DNA from: Eledone cirrhosa
Lineage: Eukaryota
Assembly: GCA_964016885.1 (NCBI GenBank)
Contig: OZ024757.1
Location: 16,926,001 to 16,990,000, forward strand
DNA length: 64,000 nt
Direction: 5' to 3'
Shown: positions 52,788 to 63,581 of the stretch, piece by piece
Numbering within the stretch: position 1 is the stretch's first letter
How the letters are laid out: each line of letters starts with the position of its first letter
Notes under the pieces: model-generated
Seen by the model: only the letters and a program-made list of their open reading frames with translations
What the model was told of the DNA's origin: nothing
The model's database searches: none
Position numbers and translations under genes: made by a program

Positions 52788-53706
52788 CGAGGTGTGTCAG
52801 AAAAGTTCCAGGACTGATGTCACAAAAGATTTATTTCAAACCCAAACTTCACACTAAGAGTTTTCTCCTTCAAAGTAATCCCCCTGGAGTATGTAACTGT
52901 AATCTTAGCTCTCTGCAGCGATCAAACTTTTTTCTTCATAATTTTATATACATGTCCTGTTTCAGGTTGTCAAGCAATGAGCACAGAGCAACGAACAAAC
53001 TTGAAGCTTCTGGTATGGTTGGGGAAAACTCCGTCAGAAGCACTGGGATTGCTGCAGCAAGTGTATGGAGATGTGACGATGTCATGCTCACGTGTTTTTG
53101 AGAGGTGCAAGAGGTTTAAAGAAGGACGCGAGGACGTGGTAGATGACCCCAGAAGCGGAAGGCCCTCAACAACCAGGACTGAGGTCAACGTTGAGCACGT
53201 CATGCAGATGGTGCGTAGCGATCGTCGGCTGACTGTTCGACTGATGGTAAGTAAATGAGCTGGGTATGACTCGGGACAGCGTCTGGAAGATTCTCACTGA
53301 AGATTTGGACATGCGGAAAGTCTGCGCGAAGATGGTGCCAAAACTGTTGAACGATGACCAGAAGGGTCTTCGCATGCAAGTGTGCCAGGACATCCTCGAG
53401 CGTCTTGAAACCGAACCAGACTTGCTAGGGACAGTCATCACCGGTGATGAGTCATGGATCTTCGAGTACGACCCGGAGGGGACCCGTTTTGAAGACGTGG
53501 ACGACATCAATAAGGCTGTGACGACGGAACTGCGGAGGATCCCGGAAGATTCCTTCCAGGAGTGAAGGCAAGCATGGCAGAAAAGGATGGAAAAGTGCAT
53601 TAAACTCCAGGGGGATTACTTTGAAGGAGAAAACTCTTAGTGTGAAGTTTGGGTTTGAAATAAATCTTTTGTGACATCAGTCCTGGAACTTTTCTGACAC
53701 ACCTCG
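52788..53706 (+). mobile_element. Internally deleted mariner transposon with 103-bp perfect TIRs and TA target duplication
   Basis: TIRs at 52788-52890 and 53604-53706. Transposase remnant MSTEQRTNLK...DDPRSGRPST...RKVCAKMVPKLL...VITGDESWIFEYDPE joined directly to GTRFEDVDDI...GDYFEGENS*; two in-frame stops. Confidence 0.96.
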
Positions 53707-54163
53707 TATACACAAAAAAACAGTTAAACACATACATACAATAAAACAAATATTCAAACACACACACACACACATACATACATACATACATGCAACCAAA
53801 CAGAAATGACCATAATAATAGTTGAGGAAATTGGGTAAAGTACCTCTGGAAATGGAAAAAAAGATTAAGAGTGGAAGGAGGGATTGAGAAGAGGGGGGAT
53901 TTAAAGGAAAGGAGCAGAGAGATTAATAAAAAGGGGAGGAGAGGATTAATAAAAAGGGGAGGAGGGATTAATAAAAAAAAGGAGAGGAGAGATTAAGAAA
54001 AAAGGGGAGGGAAGTAACAAGAGGAGAGATTAAGAAAAGGGGGAGGGAAGTAATAAGTAGGGAGAGGAGAGTGACGAGGAGGAGAAGAAGAGATTTTTAA
54101 AAAGGGGAGGAAGAGATTAAGAAAAAAAATGGAAGGAGAGATTAAAAGGAATAAGGAACTCAC

Positions 54164-54308
54164 CTGCAAACTAGAAATAACCCTGTTTATGTTAAGAGGA
54201 GTGGTTTCTACACTCTGTGTGACATATTGGAAATCTAGAGGGGGTCCTTCATCATCAATGCTATTGATACTGTTAATAGGGAAGTTTTCACGGCCAAACG
54301 AGATATCC
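54164..54308 (-). CDS. EHMT1: EHMT exon, start of pre-SET
   Basis: DISFGRENFPINSINSIDDEGPPLDFQYVTQSVETTPLNINRVISSLQ; poly-T-cag| and |gtgagt; 145 nt. Confidence 0.95.
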
Positions 54309-54688
54309 CTGAAAAAAAAAAAAAAAAAAAATCATTAAAAGTTTGTTAATTACAACACTTTAACAGTGATCGGAGACTAAACCAGCTTCCCCCCCATCAG
54401 ACCCTAGTCTGGTGAGGAGGGAGAGTGGAGCCCCAGCAACAGAAAAGCTGTTAAAAGAGCAAATGAACTCCTCAGAATCAATAACCATCCATCCCAACTA
54501 TGGGTTAAATAGACTCACCAACCCACAATTGGCCAATTAACCTTGTGATGGACTGGCGTCCTGTCCTGGGGGATGTCTTGTACTCTCAAGTCACTTAACG
54601 CCATGGAAACCAGGATAAGCACAGGCCTGATGAGTCTCTGGGCTTGAGACAGACTTTAGATATGTTTAGTTAACTCTACTAAAATAAT

Positions 54689-54876
54689 TGTTTCTACTTT
54701 TGGCACAAGGCCAGCAATTATCCCAGTGTATTACTGGTACTTTATTTTATCGACCCCCATAAGGATGAAAGGCAAAGTTAACCTCAGCGGGATTTGAACT
54801 CGGACCATAAAGGGCCGTAACTCTATGCTTCAAAGCATGGCGTCCGACCCTCTACCGATACTGCCAATCCACCGCC
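54689..54876 (-). mobile_element. SINE family B copy with 15-bp target-site duplication
   Basis: CTCTACTAAAATAAT at 54674-54688 and 54877-54891. Confidence 0.92.
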
Positions 54877-55589
54877 CTCTACTAAAATAATGACTTCTGG
54901 TTTAGACATAAGGCCCCACAATCTGTAAGTCGATTATATTTACACCAGTATATGACTGGTACTTTATTTTATTAACCCTGGAAGGATGAGACAAAACTGG
55001 CCTCAAAATGTAAAGAACCATAACTAAATGCCACAAAGCATTTTGTCCGATGCTCTAACAACTCTGTCAACCCATTACCTTCAACTGAAAATTACAGCTA
55101 AAACCTATGTTGGTTTAGCTAGCTACCCATGAGGTTGTATCTCATAGGAGGTTACCTGGGTGTTTTAATGTTAGGGGTGCCAGTCCTATCATGAAAAAGT
55201 AAGTAAAACAAAGTATTTGGCTCAAGAGCAAAACACACATTTGCAATATTACAACTATTAACAGTTCATATGTTCGGCTGACTAGCAAAATACAACACTA
55301 CATCCATAATACTACATTTATTTAACATAACCTTACAATTGAAAAATGATCCCTAGTTTTGTCTTTCATTCACAGCTGGAATATCTTTGATCATAGGTCT
55401 ATCTACTGTACTAGGACAGACTTAGGGTTAAACAACAAAGGACACATTAAATAATGTAGTCCTAGATATACCAGGTCTGATAATTACAAGATGGGACGGT
55501 CACAGCTGGAACAACATTGATCATAAGTTTGTCTACTGTACCAGGACAGTCCTAGGGTTAAACAACAGCAACAAAAGAAGGTATTTTAC

Positions 55590-55696
55590 CTGTGGACAAG
55601 TTTTTCAGTTCTTTCCAGCCTCTTGGATGCAAACTCTCTCAGTTCTTTATTTACTTTCAGTGCCATCCACACATTACTTTTCTGGTCTAAACAACA
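55590..55696 (-). CDS. EHMT1: EHMT exon, ankyrin to pre-SET linker
   Basis: CCLDQKSNVWMALKVNKELREFASKRLERTEKLVHR; acag| and |gtaaaa; 107 nt, phase-consistent. Confidence 0.9.
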
Positions 55697-55762
55697 CTGT
55701 AAACAACAATATGTCAATAAAACTATAGCAACAACATGGGAAAACATGAAAACAATAATAAC

Positions 55763-55913
55763 TATTTCTACTTTTTTGGCACAAGGCCAGCAATTACCCA
55801 GTATAATTACTGGTACTTTATTTTATCAACCCCGTAAAGATGAAAGGCAAAGTTAACCTCGGCGGGATTTGAACTCAGAATGGCAAGGGCCGTAACTCAA
55901 TGCGTCAAAGCAT
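55763..55913 (-). mobile_element. 5'-truncated SINE family B copy
   Basis: 3' ~150 bp of the consensus, flanked by CATGAAAACAA(T/C)AATAAC direct repeats. Confidence 0.85.
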
Positions 55914-56524
55914 GAAAACAACAATAACCAACATATGTGAAAACATGCATAACTGTCAATAACATGTGAAAACAACAAGAACAGTAATAATGTGAAAACA
56001 ACAACAGTAACAAGGTGAAAACACTCTGTAAGGTGGCAGATGATAGGAAGTGCATCCAGACATAGAAAAGCTGCCAAACAAAGGGTTGGGACGACTCGTC
56101 AGTGGTGTCAAAACATGACAACCTCACTAGTGTTGATGTCATGATAAAATACACTCAGTGGCACACAAGATCATATGTGAATTGCAGGCTGCCAGCTCAT
56201 CTGGATGTTCGGTAAGGGACAGGAACATATGTAAGCGAGGTGCTAACTGCCAGCCCATCTGAATATTTGGTAAGGATACAGGAACATATGTAAGCGAGGT
56301 GCTAGCTGCCAGCCCATCTGGATATTTGGTAAGGGTACAGGAACACATGGAGTCAGTACCTATGTTTTGAATACCAATCTGGTTTGGTAATGATGAAAAT
56401 GATGGTCATTTTAACTAAGGTGGAGAGATATTTAATTTTCAAAACTCTGAAACTGTTTTCAGGTGTCTATGTTATGTTGGTGGTGTAGCAATAGGAAAGA
56501 AGTGGTAGAATGGAGTTTACTTAC

Positions 56525-56588
56525 ATCAGATGGTACTTGGTTGATGTTATTGAGAGCATCGACATCAGCACCACGCAGAAGACACAGT
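56525..56588 (-). CDS. EHMT1: EHMT exon, ankyrin repeat
   Basis: LCLLRGADVDALNNINQVPSD; ccag| and |gtaagt; 64 nt, phase-consistent. Confidence 0.9.
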
Positions 56589-56658
56589 CTGGTGAATAAT
56601 AAAACAACACCAATTTACAATTACATCACACATTGAGGATATTATATATATTTATATA

Positions 56659-56711
<53 letters not shown>

Positions 56712-56796
56712 AAAAGGTAAACAGAAATAACAACACAATCAGTACAGTATATGGAAGGTATATATTAGGTTAACGCTTGATATCACAGGAAGAGGG

Positions 56797-56832
56797 TCTT
56801 AACGTTTCGGACGCTAGTCCTTCATCAGAAGA
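56797..56832 (-). ncRNA. Minimal type I hammerhead ribozyme motif
   Basis: Minus strand TCTT-CTGATGA-A-GGAC-TAGC-GTCC-GAAA-CG-TT-AAGA: 4-bp stem I, both core boxes, 4-bp stem II, palindromic ACGT in place of stem III. Confidence 0.78.
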
Positions 56833-57116
56833 AAGAATGAGAAATAAAATAGATTGAGGGGACGGGAGGTATGGAATTGGAAAAAATGTCTTTAGATAAA
56901 AATAACAGGTCCATTCATGTTGACATCTCTTGCAAAATATATATATATATATATATCATCTAGAAATTGATTGACATATATATATATATTTAAAATAAAC
57001 ACATGAAACCATCACAGGGGATAATTTGTAAAGTGTGTAAACACACACAGCTAGGTAGGTAACTAATTAAAGTTTAACTAGATCTTCAAATATTACCTTT
57101 TAAGAAATGATTAATC

Positions 57117-57185
57117 CTCCTTGTATATATTTCACTAAAAATCCGTAAAATCACAGCAGTTAAATCTCAGATCATCAGCAAGGAG
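57117..57185 (-). ncRNA. Type I hammerhead motif in the left arm (sense to the EHMT pre-mRNA)
   Basis: Minus strand CTCCTTG-CTGATGA-[38 nt, imperfect stem II]-GAAA-TATA-TA-CAAGGAG; stem I extends to 9 bp. Confidence 0.72.
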
Positions 57186-57338
57186 GAAGAAATAACTGTC
57201 TGTGTTTACGCATCAAATACAAATCTGCAAGAGACCCGTCGCACGTGCTGCAATTCTAAAACTACTAACAACATGCTAGCGTCCTCCCATTGGCGTGAAT
57301 AGGGTAGTCGACAGCTATAAATAGCAGCCAAGTCCTTT

Positions 57339-57407
57339 CTCCTTGCTGATGATCTGAGATTTAACTGCTGTGATTTTACGGATTTTTAGTGAAATATATA
57401 CAAGGAG
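57339..57407 (+). ncRNA. Type I hammerhead motif in the right arm (antisense to EHMT)
   Basis: CTCCTTG (57339-45), CTGATGA (57346-52), GAAA (57391-94), TATA, TA, CAAGGAG (57401-07). Confidence 0.72.
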
Positions 57408-57895
57408 GATTAATCATTTCTTAAAAGGTAATATTTGAAGATCTAGTTAAACTTTAATTAGTTACTTACCTAGCTGTGTGTTTACACACTTTACAAATTA
57501 TCCCCTGTGATGGTTTCATGTGTTTATTTTAAATATATATATATATATCAATCAATTTCTAGATGATATAAAATGCTCGGATCTATTCATTGGAATCTTT
57601 GAGCTTATTCTACAGTGGATATGGCGCATGTCTCGGACATGACTCCTTTGATTTAATTTAATTAAATCTATTTCGGATATATATATATATATATATATTC
57701 ATGGAAATCTGGGACTTGACTCTTTCTTCCTCACTTTTTGTTGCTTTACCATCTTTGTTTGTTTACACTCTCGCTCGTTCCCCTTATTTACGTGTCCCAA
57801 CGACTTTCTTTAGCCGTTGCTCGCACCAACCGGAGGTATATGGTCTTTAAAGCGATGAAATACCAATGATGGTTGGAAGATCACTAACTTTATTC

Positions 57896-57983
<88 letters not shown>

Positions 57984-58075
57984 AATCCTGACTGCAGCAC
58001 CATATATATATATATATATATATATATAAGTTGCCTCGGTAGCACAGTAGGCAGCACATCAGGCTAATATATATA

Positions 58076-58590
58076 GACATGGTGATTGAAAAGTAACTCC
58101 CTATTGAATGCCGAAAAGTACTGCAAGATGAAATCTGGCCAGTTATCAGTACTTGGTAGAATATTGAACATTTGATTTTGCTATTGTTGTTTATGATTAA
58201 CTGAATGCCCACTTCCCTGGGGGTTGGATGGGTTGTCGTGGTCCGTATGAGTGGCCAGCCAGAAGACCTGACTTAACATCTTGCGTCTTTTTTTCTTTGG
58301 GGTTGGTTAAAGGAGCAAGTCTACTTTACCAAACCAACAACTTTGGAAGAACTTGAAGGGTGAATACGAACAGTTGTGTCTTCCATCCCACAAGAGTTCC
58401 TGGTGAAATCAGTCGATGCAGTTCCCGGGCAGCTTGAGAAGCTGGTGGCAAATGCTAGTGCCCAGATCGAATTTTAAATAAAACTCCATGCTACACGCTT
58501 TCTTCTCATATTCATTTCTTGTAAAAATTATAGTTAAGAAATAAATTATAAGAATTTTAAAATAGGGAGTTACTTTTCAATCACCCGGTG
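58076..58590 (+). mobile_element. Internally deleted Tc1/mariner-superfamily element (rosa/DD41D-like C-terminus)
   Basis: TIR GGTGATTGAAAAGTAACTCCCTATT (58081-58105 and 58561-58585), TA flanks, internal GCRGPYEWPARRPDLTSCVFFLWGWLKEQVYFTKPTTLEEL. Confidence 0.88.
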
Positions 58591-58686
58591 TATGTATATA
58601 TATATCAACAATGAATTTAAGAGCTGTACTCTATGAACAAACCTCTCCTGTATCTTAAGTGAAAGGGAAATAATTCTTATACTTAC

Positions 58687-58725
58687 ACAACACATTCATA
58701 ATTATCTTGTCTAACTGCTATATGT
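58687..58725 (-). CDS. EHMT1: EHMT 39-nt exon, ankyrin repeat
   Basis: HIAVRQDNYECVV; acag| and |gtaagt; completes the GDRPLHIA ankyrin motif begun in the preceding exon. Confidence 0.9.
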
Positions 58726-58821
58726 CTGTAATAAAGAAACAACATTTATTGAGAAAACTATTTAGAATGTAACACAAGTAATTACAAGTAGTTAGTAAAG
58801 ACACTTTAAAAATATTGAACT

Positions 58822-59161
58822 GGAGGCACATGGCTTAGTGGTTAGAGCATTGGCCTTGCAATCGAAAGGTTGTGAGTTCAATTCTCAGACCGGGTGATGT
58901 GTTGTTTCCTTGAGCAAGACACTTTATTTCACATTGCTCCAGTTTACTCAGCTTTAGAAATGAGATGATAGGGACTGGGGTCCATATCATTCCACTGCAA
59001 ATTGGTTGTGGAGGTGTCACGGCAAAAAAGCACCCAGCACTCACTGTAAATGAGATTGGTGTTAGGAAAGGCATCCAGCTGTAGAAATCAAGCCAGAATC
59101 AGTTCCCGTCCCACCCTTGCAAGCAGGGAAAAAGCGGACGTAAAATGAAATTATGAAATGA
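58822..59161 (+). mobile_element. SINE family A copy
   Basis: Full-length consensus with TGAACT on both flanks. Confidence 0.92.
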
Positions 59162-59276
59162 TGAACTATTTCATAAGCACGTCATGAGATTTATTATTGG
59201 TAACCACCGAACAGAAAGAGTTACAGTATTAAATCTTCAATAAACGACACAACTATCACTTTTTAATAACATTTAA

Positions 59277-59506
59277 CCCTTTCATGGCCATATTTCTAAT
59301 GAAATACACTTTATTTCAATTAATTAATGAAGAATTTTGAGGGATTATATACAATTGTTAATTATTTCATTACTAAAACAGTAACTTAATGTAAGGTTCT
59401 TATATAAACTATGTTAGAAGATTTTAATTTAAATTGAAACCTTTAAAATGGATAGTTTTATTTCATAGGACCAGAGCTAGTTTTGGCCAGGTTGGTAACT
59501 AAAGGG
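59277..59506. mobile_element. Second piggyBac-type MITE
   Basis: TTAA|CCCTTT...AAAGGG|TTAA around an AT-rich interior. Confidence 0.6.
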
Positions 59507-59614
59507 TTAAAGTAACTATTTCAAACTGTTTGGCTGCATCAAATTCTCAATTTATGGTCTCTCTGAAATTGATGTAGAGAGCATGATACCAGGAAATAAA
59601 AACCACGGAGCCAC

Positions 59615-60522
59615 CCTAGGTAGATAAAGAGAATAAACCCTAAAAGGATCTTAATATCAAACTTAGATAGACCTCAATGCAATGATAATGAACAGGGGTC
59701 TCTCCAAAATCTGTCAGGAGGGTATGCTATACATAGACAGAGAGGTCAAGGACACCTTAAGAGTAGACGGAGAGACAAGATGCTAAAATAGTCTCAGTGT
59801 AAATTATAGACAGACCTCAATACAGTGACATCAAAAGGGGCCTCTCTAAAACCTATCTGGAGGGTATAATACATAGACAGAGAAATGAAGGACACCTCAA
59901 TGGTAGATGGAGAGACTCGATCTTAAAGTGGTCTTAATGTCAATCAGACAGAACTCAATACAGTGACAACAAGTAGGAGTATTTTAAAAACCTATCTGGA
60001 GGGTGTGATACTGGAAAAGAGAAACCAAGTACACTCCGATGGCAGATGGAGAGACAAGATACTAAAATGGTCTCAATGTTAGCCATAGATAGAACTCAAT
60101 AGTGACAACAAACCATGAGGAGAGCTGTCTCTAAAGTCTGTCTGGAAGGTATGATACCTGGACAGAGAAGACAACGACACTCCTGTGGTAGATAGAGAGA
60201 CCAGATGCTATTATAGCCTCAATGTTATCCATAGACAGAATTCAGTACAACAAAAGGAGGAGTGCTGTCCCTAAAATCTGTCTGGAAGTGATGGTACTGG
60301 GAAAGAGAAACCCCTATAGTAGATGGAGAGACAGGATGTTATAATGGTTTCAATGTTATCCATAGACAGAACTCAATACAATGACATTATACAGGGGTCT
60401 CTTTAAAACCTGTCTGGAGGGCGTGTGGTACTGGGAAAGAGAAACCAAGGACACCTCAATGGTAAAGGGACAGAAAATATCTTAAAATGACTTCAATGTC
60501 AGACAGAACTCAATACAGTGAC
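59615..60522. repeat. Old, diverged ~140-bp tandem repeat, ~6 copies
   Basis: AGATGGAGAGAC...GACAGAACTCAATACAGTGACA...TCTGGAGGGT recurs at ~59765, 59904, 60044, 60189 and 60321. Confidence 0.8.
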
Positions 60523-60604
60523 AAGAGATAAATGGAAGAAATATATTGACATTTAGTACTCTGCTGTAAGGTGAAATGGAGATTAAAGAGATAATGGTAC
60601 TTAC

Positions 60605-60720
60605 AAGGGCCTATCTCCGTGTTCATTTGGAGATTCCAGTTCACAGCCATAGTCCAAAAATAATTCTGCAATCTCAACACTTCCAGAGAATGCAGCCCAA
60701 TGTAGCCCTGTGTTCTCTTC
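60605..60720 (-). CDS. EHMT1: EHMT exon, ankyrin repeat
   Basis: [39 protein letters not shown]; ccag| and |gtaagt; 116 nt. Confidence 0.96.
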
Positions 60721-60823
60721 CTGGGGAAGATAATAGAAAACAGCAATAATTGTCAGTAGGAGGAGCATACAACAACATGATGTATCAATATATATTGCAA
60801 CTATTGTTTAACACATTTCTGTG

Positions 60824-61790
60824 ATTTAACATATGATATAGCCACACCTACAAATATATTTAACATATGATATAGCCACACCTATAAATATATTTAACAT
60901 ATGATATAGCCACACCTACAAATATATTTAACATATGATATAGCCACACCTACAAATATATTTAACATATGATATAGCCACACCTACAAATATATTTAAC
61001 ATATGATATAGCCACACCTACAAATATATTTAACATATGATATAGCCACACCTACAAATATATTTAACATATGATATAGCCAGACCTACAAATATATTTA
61101 TCATATGATATAGTCACACCTACAAATATATTTAACATATGATATAGCCACACCTACAAATATATTTAACATGATATAGCCACACCTACAAATATATTTA
61201 ACATATGATATAGTCACACCTACAAATATATTTAACATATGATATAGCCACACCTACAAATATATTTAACATGATATAGCCACACCTACAAATATATTTA
61301 ACATATGATATAGCCACACCTACAAACATAGTTAACATATGATATAGCCACACCGAATATATTTAACATATGATATAGCCACACCTACAAACATATTTAA
61401 CATATGATATAGCCAAACCGAATATATTTAACATATGATATAGCCACACCTACAAATATATTTAACATGATATAGCCACACATACAAATATATTTAACAT
61501 ATGATATAGCCACACCTACAAATATATTTAACATATGATATAGCCACACATACAAATATATTTAACATATGATATAGCCACACCTACAAATATATTTAAC
61601 ATATGATATAGCCACACCAAATATATTTAACATGATATAACCAAACCTACAAATATATTTAACATATATAGCCACACCTACAAATATAGTTAACATATGA
61701 TTTAGCTACACCTACAAATATATTTAACATGATATAACTACACCTACAAATATATAATACAGCCACACTTAGAAATATATTTAACATATA
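60824..61790. repeat. 34-bp minisatellite, ~28 copies
   Basis: ATTTAACATATGATATAGCCACACCTACAAATAT; period 34 (60841, 60875 and onward). Confidence 0.96.
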
Positions 61791-62208
61791 CATATATGGC
61801 ATAATATAATTTTATGCTGTATACACAGAAGTATGTATTACATAGTTTCATGCTATATATATCATTATCATCACTATTTTTACATTGACTTTTCCATGCT
61901 TGGGTTACATGGTTGTCATGTGAGACAAGTCAGGTCACGCGACCGTATCTTGCTCACATGGAACTGTTTCTGGCTTGTTTTCTGCAGCTGGAAGCCCTTC
62001 CTAATGCCACACACAATTTTCTTTTCCTCTTGATATGCTCCACATTGTAAACGTGGTTGGTGTTAGGAAGGGCATCCAGCTGTAAAAATCTCAATCAAAA
62101 TACAGTTCCGTCTGAGCAAGGTATGGTGCTGCAAGCAGGTCAGACTTGTTTCATGACATGGACGGCCCGTCTAACCCATGAAAGCATGGAAAAATAGACA
62201 TTAAATGG

Positions 62209-62254
<46 letters not shown>

Positions 62255-62290
<36 letters not shown>

Positions 62291-62618
62291 TTCATTTTAC
62301 GTCCGCTTTTTCCCTGCTTGCAAGAGTGGGACAGGAACTGATTCTGGCTTGATTTCTACAGCTGGATGCCCTTCCTAACACCAACCTCATTTACAGTGAG
62401 TGCTGGGTGCTTTTTTGCCGCGGCACCTCCATGACCACTTTGCAGTGGAATGATAGGGACCCCAGTCCCTATCATCTCATTTCTACAGCTGAGTAAACTG
62501 GAGCAATGTGAAATAAAGTGTCTTGCTCAAGGACACAACACATCACCCGGTCTGAAAATTGAACTCACAACCTTTCGATTGTAAGGCCAATGCTCTAACC
62601 ACTAAGCCATGTGCCTCC
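62255..62618 (-). mobile_element. SINE family A copy with long (CAT)n tail
   Basis: Reverse complement of the family consensus, inserted in a (TA)n tract. Confidence 0.92.
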
Positions 62619-62863
62619 ATATATATATATATATACATACACACACATACATACATACATCTATAAGTGTGTATAACACAGTTTTATGGTGTATGTACAT
62701 ATCATCATTTTCTACGGCTGGATGCCCTTCCTAACACCAACCACATTTACAGTGTGGAACTGGGAGGTTTTTACCGTGTTACCTACACGGCCACATTACA
62801 GCGTGGACTGTGTGTTTTTTTGTCGTGACACCTACACGACCTCATTTGTTTCGGGCTGGATGT

Positions 62864-62904
<41 letters not shown>

Positions 62905-63227
62905 CGATCACTCTTCAACTCAGTACCACCATACACAATCTGGGGAGATGGTCATAATTGGACCTTGAAACCTTAGGTTGCGCTTTTTGTTCCATGTATG
63001 AACGTAAATAAATATCTATCTATCTCTCTACATTGAGCTAATACAATACCGTCAAAATATAACTCGGTGTGTGTGTGTTTATACACATGCACTCCGTGCT
63101 ATACTTACGTAAATAAATATATATATATGTGCACATACATACATCTACAAGTATGAGTGGTAACTGATGGAACCTCAAAACAGTCTGAAACAAATAAAGA
63201 AAAAAATAAATATCAAAACAAACTTAC

Positions 63228-63332
63228 GTTATCTTTCAATGTAGGGTCAGCCCCTCGCTGAATTAGGAACTTTGCACTTTCAACATTTCGGTGCTCAGCC
63301 GCCCAAATAATAGGGGTCCAACCCCCGTCATC
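63228..63332 (-). CDS. EHMT1: EHMT exon, ankyrin repeat (most 5' exon visible; the gene continues beyond the window)
   Basis: DDGGWTPIIWAAEHRNVESAKFLIQRGADPTLKDN; acag| and |gtaagt; 105 nt. The 12 exons sum to 1269 nt = 423 codons with no internal stop. Confidence 0.96.
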
Positions 63333-63466
63333 CTGTAACACAATAACAAAGACAAACAATTCATTAGAGATAGGACAAGATTACATTATATACTAGAGAT
63401 AGAATGAGATAGCTTAACAAAAGGTTTTTATGTCAAATTTATTACTGAGTCAGCATTATTAACCCT

Positions 63467-63581
63467 TTCTGAGTTCAAATCCCGCTGAGGTTAACTTTGC
63501 CTTTCATCCTTACGGGGTTGATAAAATAAAGTATCAGTAATGCACTGGGTAATTGCTGGCCTTGTGCCAAAAGTAGAAACA
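63467..63581 (+). mobile_element. 5'-truncated SINE family B copy with 15-bp target-site duplication
   Basis: ATTATTAACCCTTTC at 63455-63469 and 63582-63596. Confidence 0.88.

Larger units (their letters stand above)
56953..57570. repeat. ~230-bp near-perfect inverted repeat with ~153-bp spacer (probable Penelope-like pseudo-LTR pair)
   Basis: 56953-57185 is the reverse complement of 57339-57570 apart from a few substitutions and microsatellite length differences. Confidence 0.93.

Noticed and set aside
54540-54658. CTGATGAG followed by a small hairpin, as a hammerhead
   Set aside because: No GAAA box after the stem (GAGAC) and no stem I or III; it looks like the 3' part of an older SINE.
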